DNA from: Candidatus Methylomirabilota bacterium
GTDB lineage: Bacteria; Methylomirabilota; Methylomirabilia; Rokubacteriales; CSP1-6
NCBI GenBank assembly: GCA_046726415.1
Contig: JBKPAK010000186.1
Span: 1-25,731 of the forward strand
Length of the DNA stretch: 25,731 bases
Direction: 5' to 3'
Positions 25,082-25,731 of this stretch are shown piece after piece. The notes below the pieces were generated by a model that was not told the origin of the DNA, made no database searches, and was given only the letters and a program-made list of their open reading frames with translations. Within the stretch, counting starts at the first letter, position 1, and each line of letters opens with the position of its first letter. A program made the position numbers and the translations under genes.

Positions 25082-25731
25082 ATGCCCGTTCCCGTGGGTC
25101 TCAACGTGTGGTCGCGGCTGGTGGAACACACCTTCCGATATCTGGACCAGACGGCCGATTCGTTCGATTCCCTGTGGTTCCCCGATCACGTCCAGTACAA
25201 CGGCCACCGAGTGGCCGAGGGTTGGACCTTGCTGGCCTACGCGCTGGCCCGCTATCCGGACAAGCTCTGCAGTCACGAGGTGCTGTGCAACAGCTTCCGC
25301 AACCCGGCGCACCTGGCCAAGATGGTCGCCACCGCGCAGGCCCTCTCAGGCGGGCGCGTGATCCTGGGCATCGGCGCGGGATGGAACGAGGAGGAGTACC
25401 GCGCCTACGGCTGGCCATTTCCGACGACCAAGGTGCGCATCGCGCAGCTCGCCGAGGCGATCCAGATCATCCGGTTGATATGGCGGGAGGCCCCGGCCAC
25501 GTTCCACGGCGACCACTACCAGATCAGCGGGGCGTACTGCGAGCCTCGACCCCAGCCTATTCCGCCGATCCTGGTGGGCGGCTCCGGTGAGAAGTACCTC
25601 TTGCGAGTCGTCGCCCAGCATGCCGACTGGTGGAACTACAGCTTCCGTGGAGATGACGCCTATGCCCAGAAACAGGAGGTGCTCAGGAAGCACTGCCGTG
25701 AGGTCGGGCGCGACTACGACGAGATCATCCA
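25082..25731 (+). CDS. LLM-class flavin/F420-dependent oxidoreductase (runs off window)
   Basis: Not in ORF track. ATG 25082: MPVPVGLNVW...FDSLWFPDHVQY...EGWTLLA...NSFRNPAHLAKMVATAQALSGGRVILGIGAGWNEEEYRAYG...PPILVGGSGEK.LLRVVAQHADWWN. Confidence 0.93.
   Translation, partial: MPVPVGLNVWSRLVEHTFRYLDQTADSFDSLWFPDHVQYNGHRVAEGWTLLAYALARYPDKLCSHEVLCNSFRNPAHLAKMVATAQALSGGRVILGIGAGWNEEEYRAYGWPFPTTKVRIAQLAEAIQIIRLIWREAPATFHGDHYQISGAYCEPRPQPIPPILVGGSGEKYLLRVVAQHADWWNYSFRGDDAYAQKQEVLRKHCREVGRDYDEII

Overview
Very GC-rich bacterial chromosomal window with no rRNA, tRNA, CRISPR or transposase. Gene style and content suggest a soil diderm such as Candidatus Rokubacteria (inference only). Left: a ThDP decarboxylase (partial) and a six-gene signalling locus (RsbW-like kinase, FecR-domain protein, OmpA lipoprotein, CHASE2-PP2C phosphatase with two compensating frameshifts, MBL-fold hydrolase, STAS antagonist), then a stand-alone GIY-YIG nuclease. 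Middle: a crotonase remnant, TcuA-like flavoprotein, a UGSC-type selenoprotein gene broken just after its UGA codon and fused to a remnant of another gene, and an acyl-CoA catabolic cluster (CaiB, crotonase, DUF35 OB-fold, thiolase-fold protein, SDR). Right: Tat-exported intradiol dioxygenase-like protein, orphan peptide SBP with a 32-bp tandem duplication, cyclase, methyltransferase, EamA, BNR propeller, D-threonine aldolase-like enzyme, an amidohydrolase/YtkA-like/di-heme peroxidase operon, a xanthine dehydrogenase-family remnant and an LLM oxidoreductase (partial). A dispersed palindromic element occurs at three loci, always just 5' of a gene and in the same orientation relative to it.
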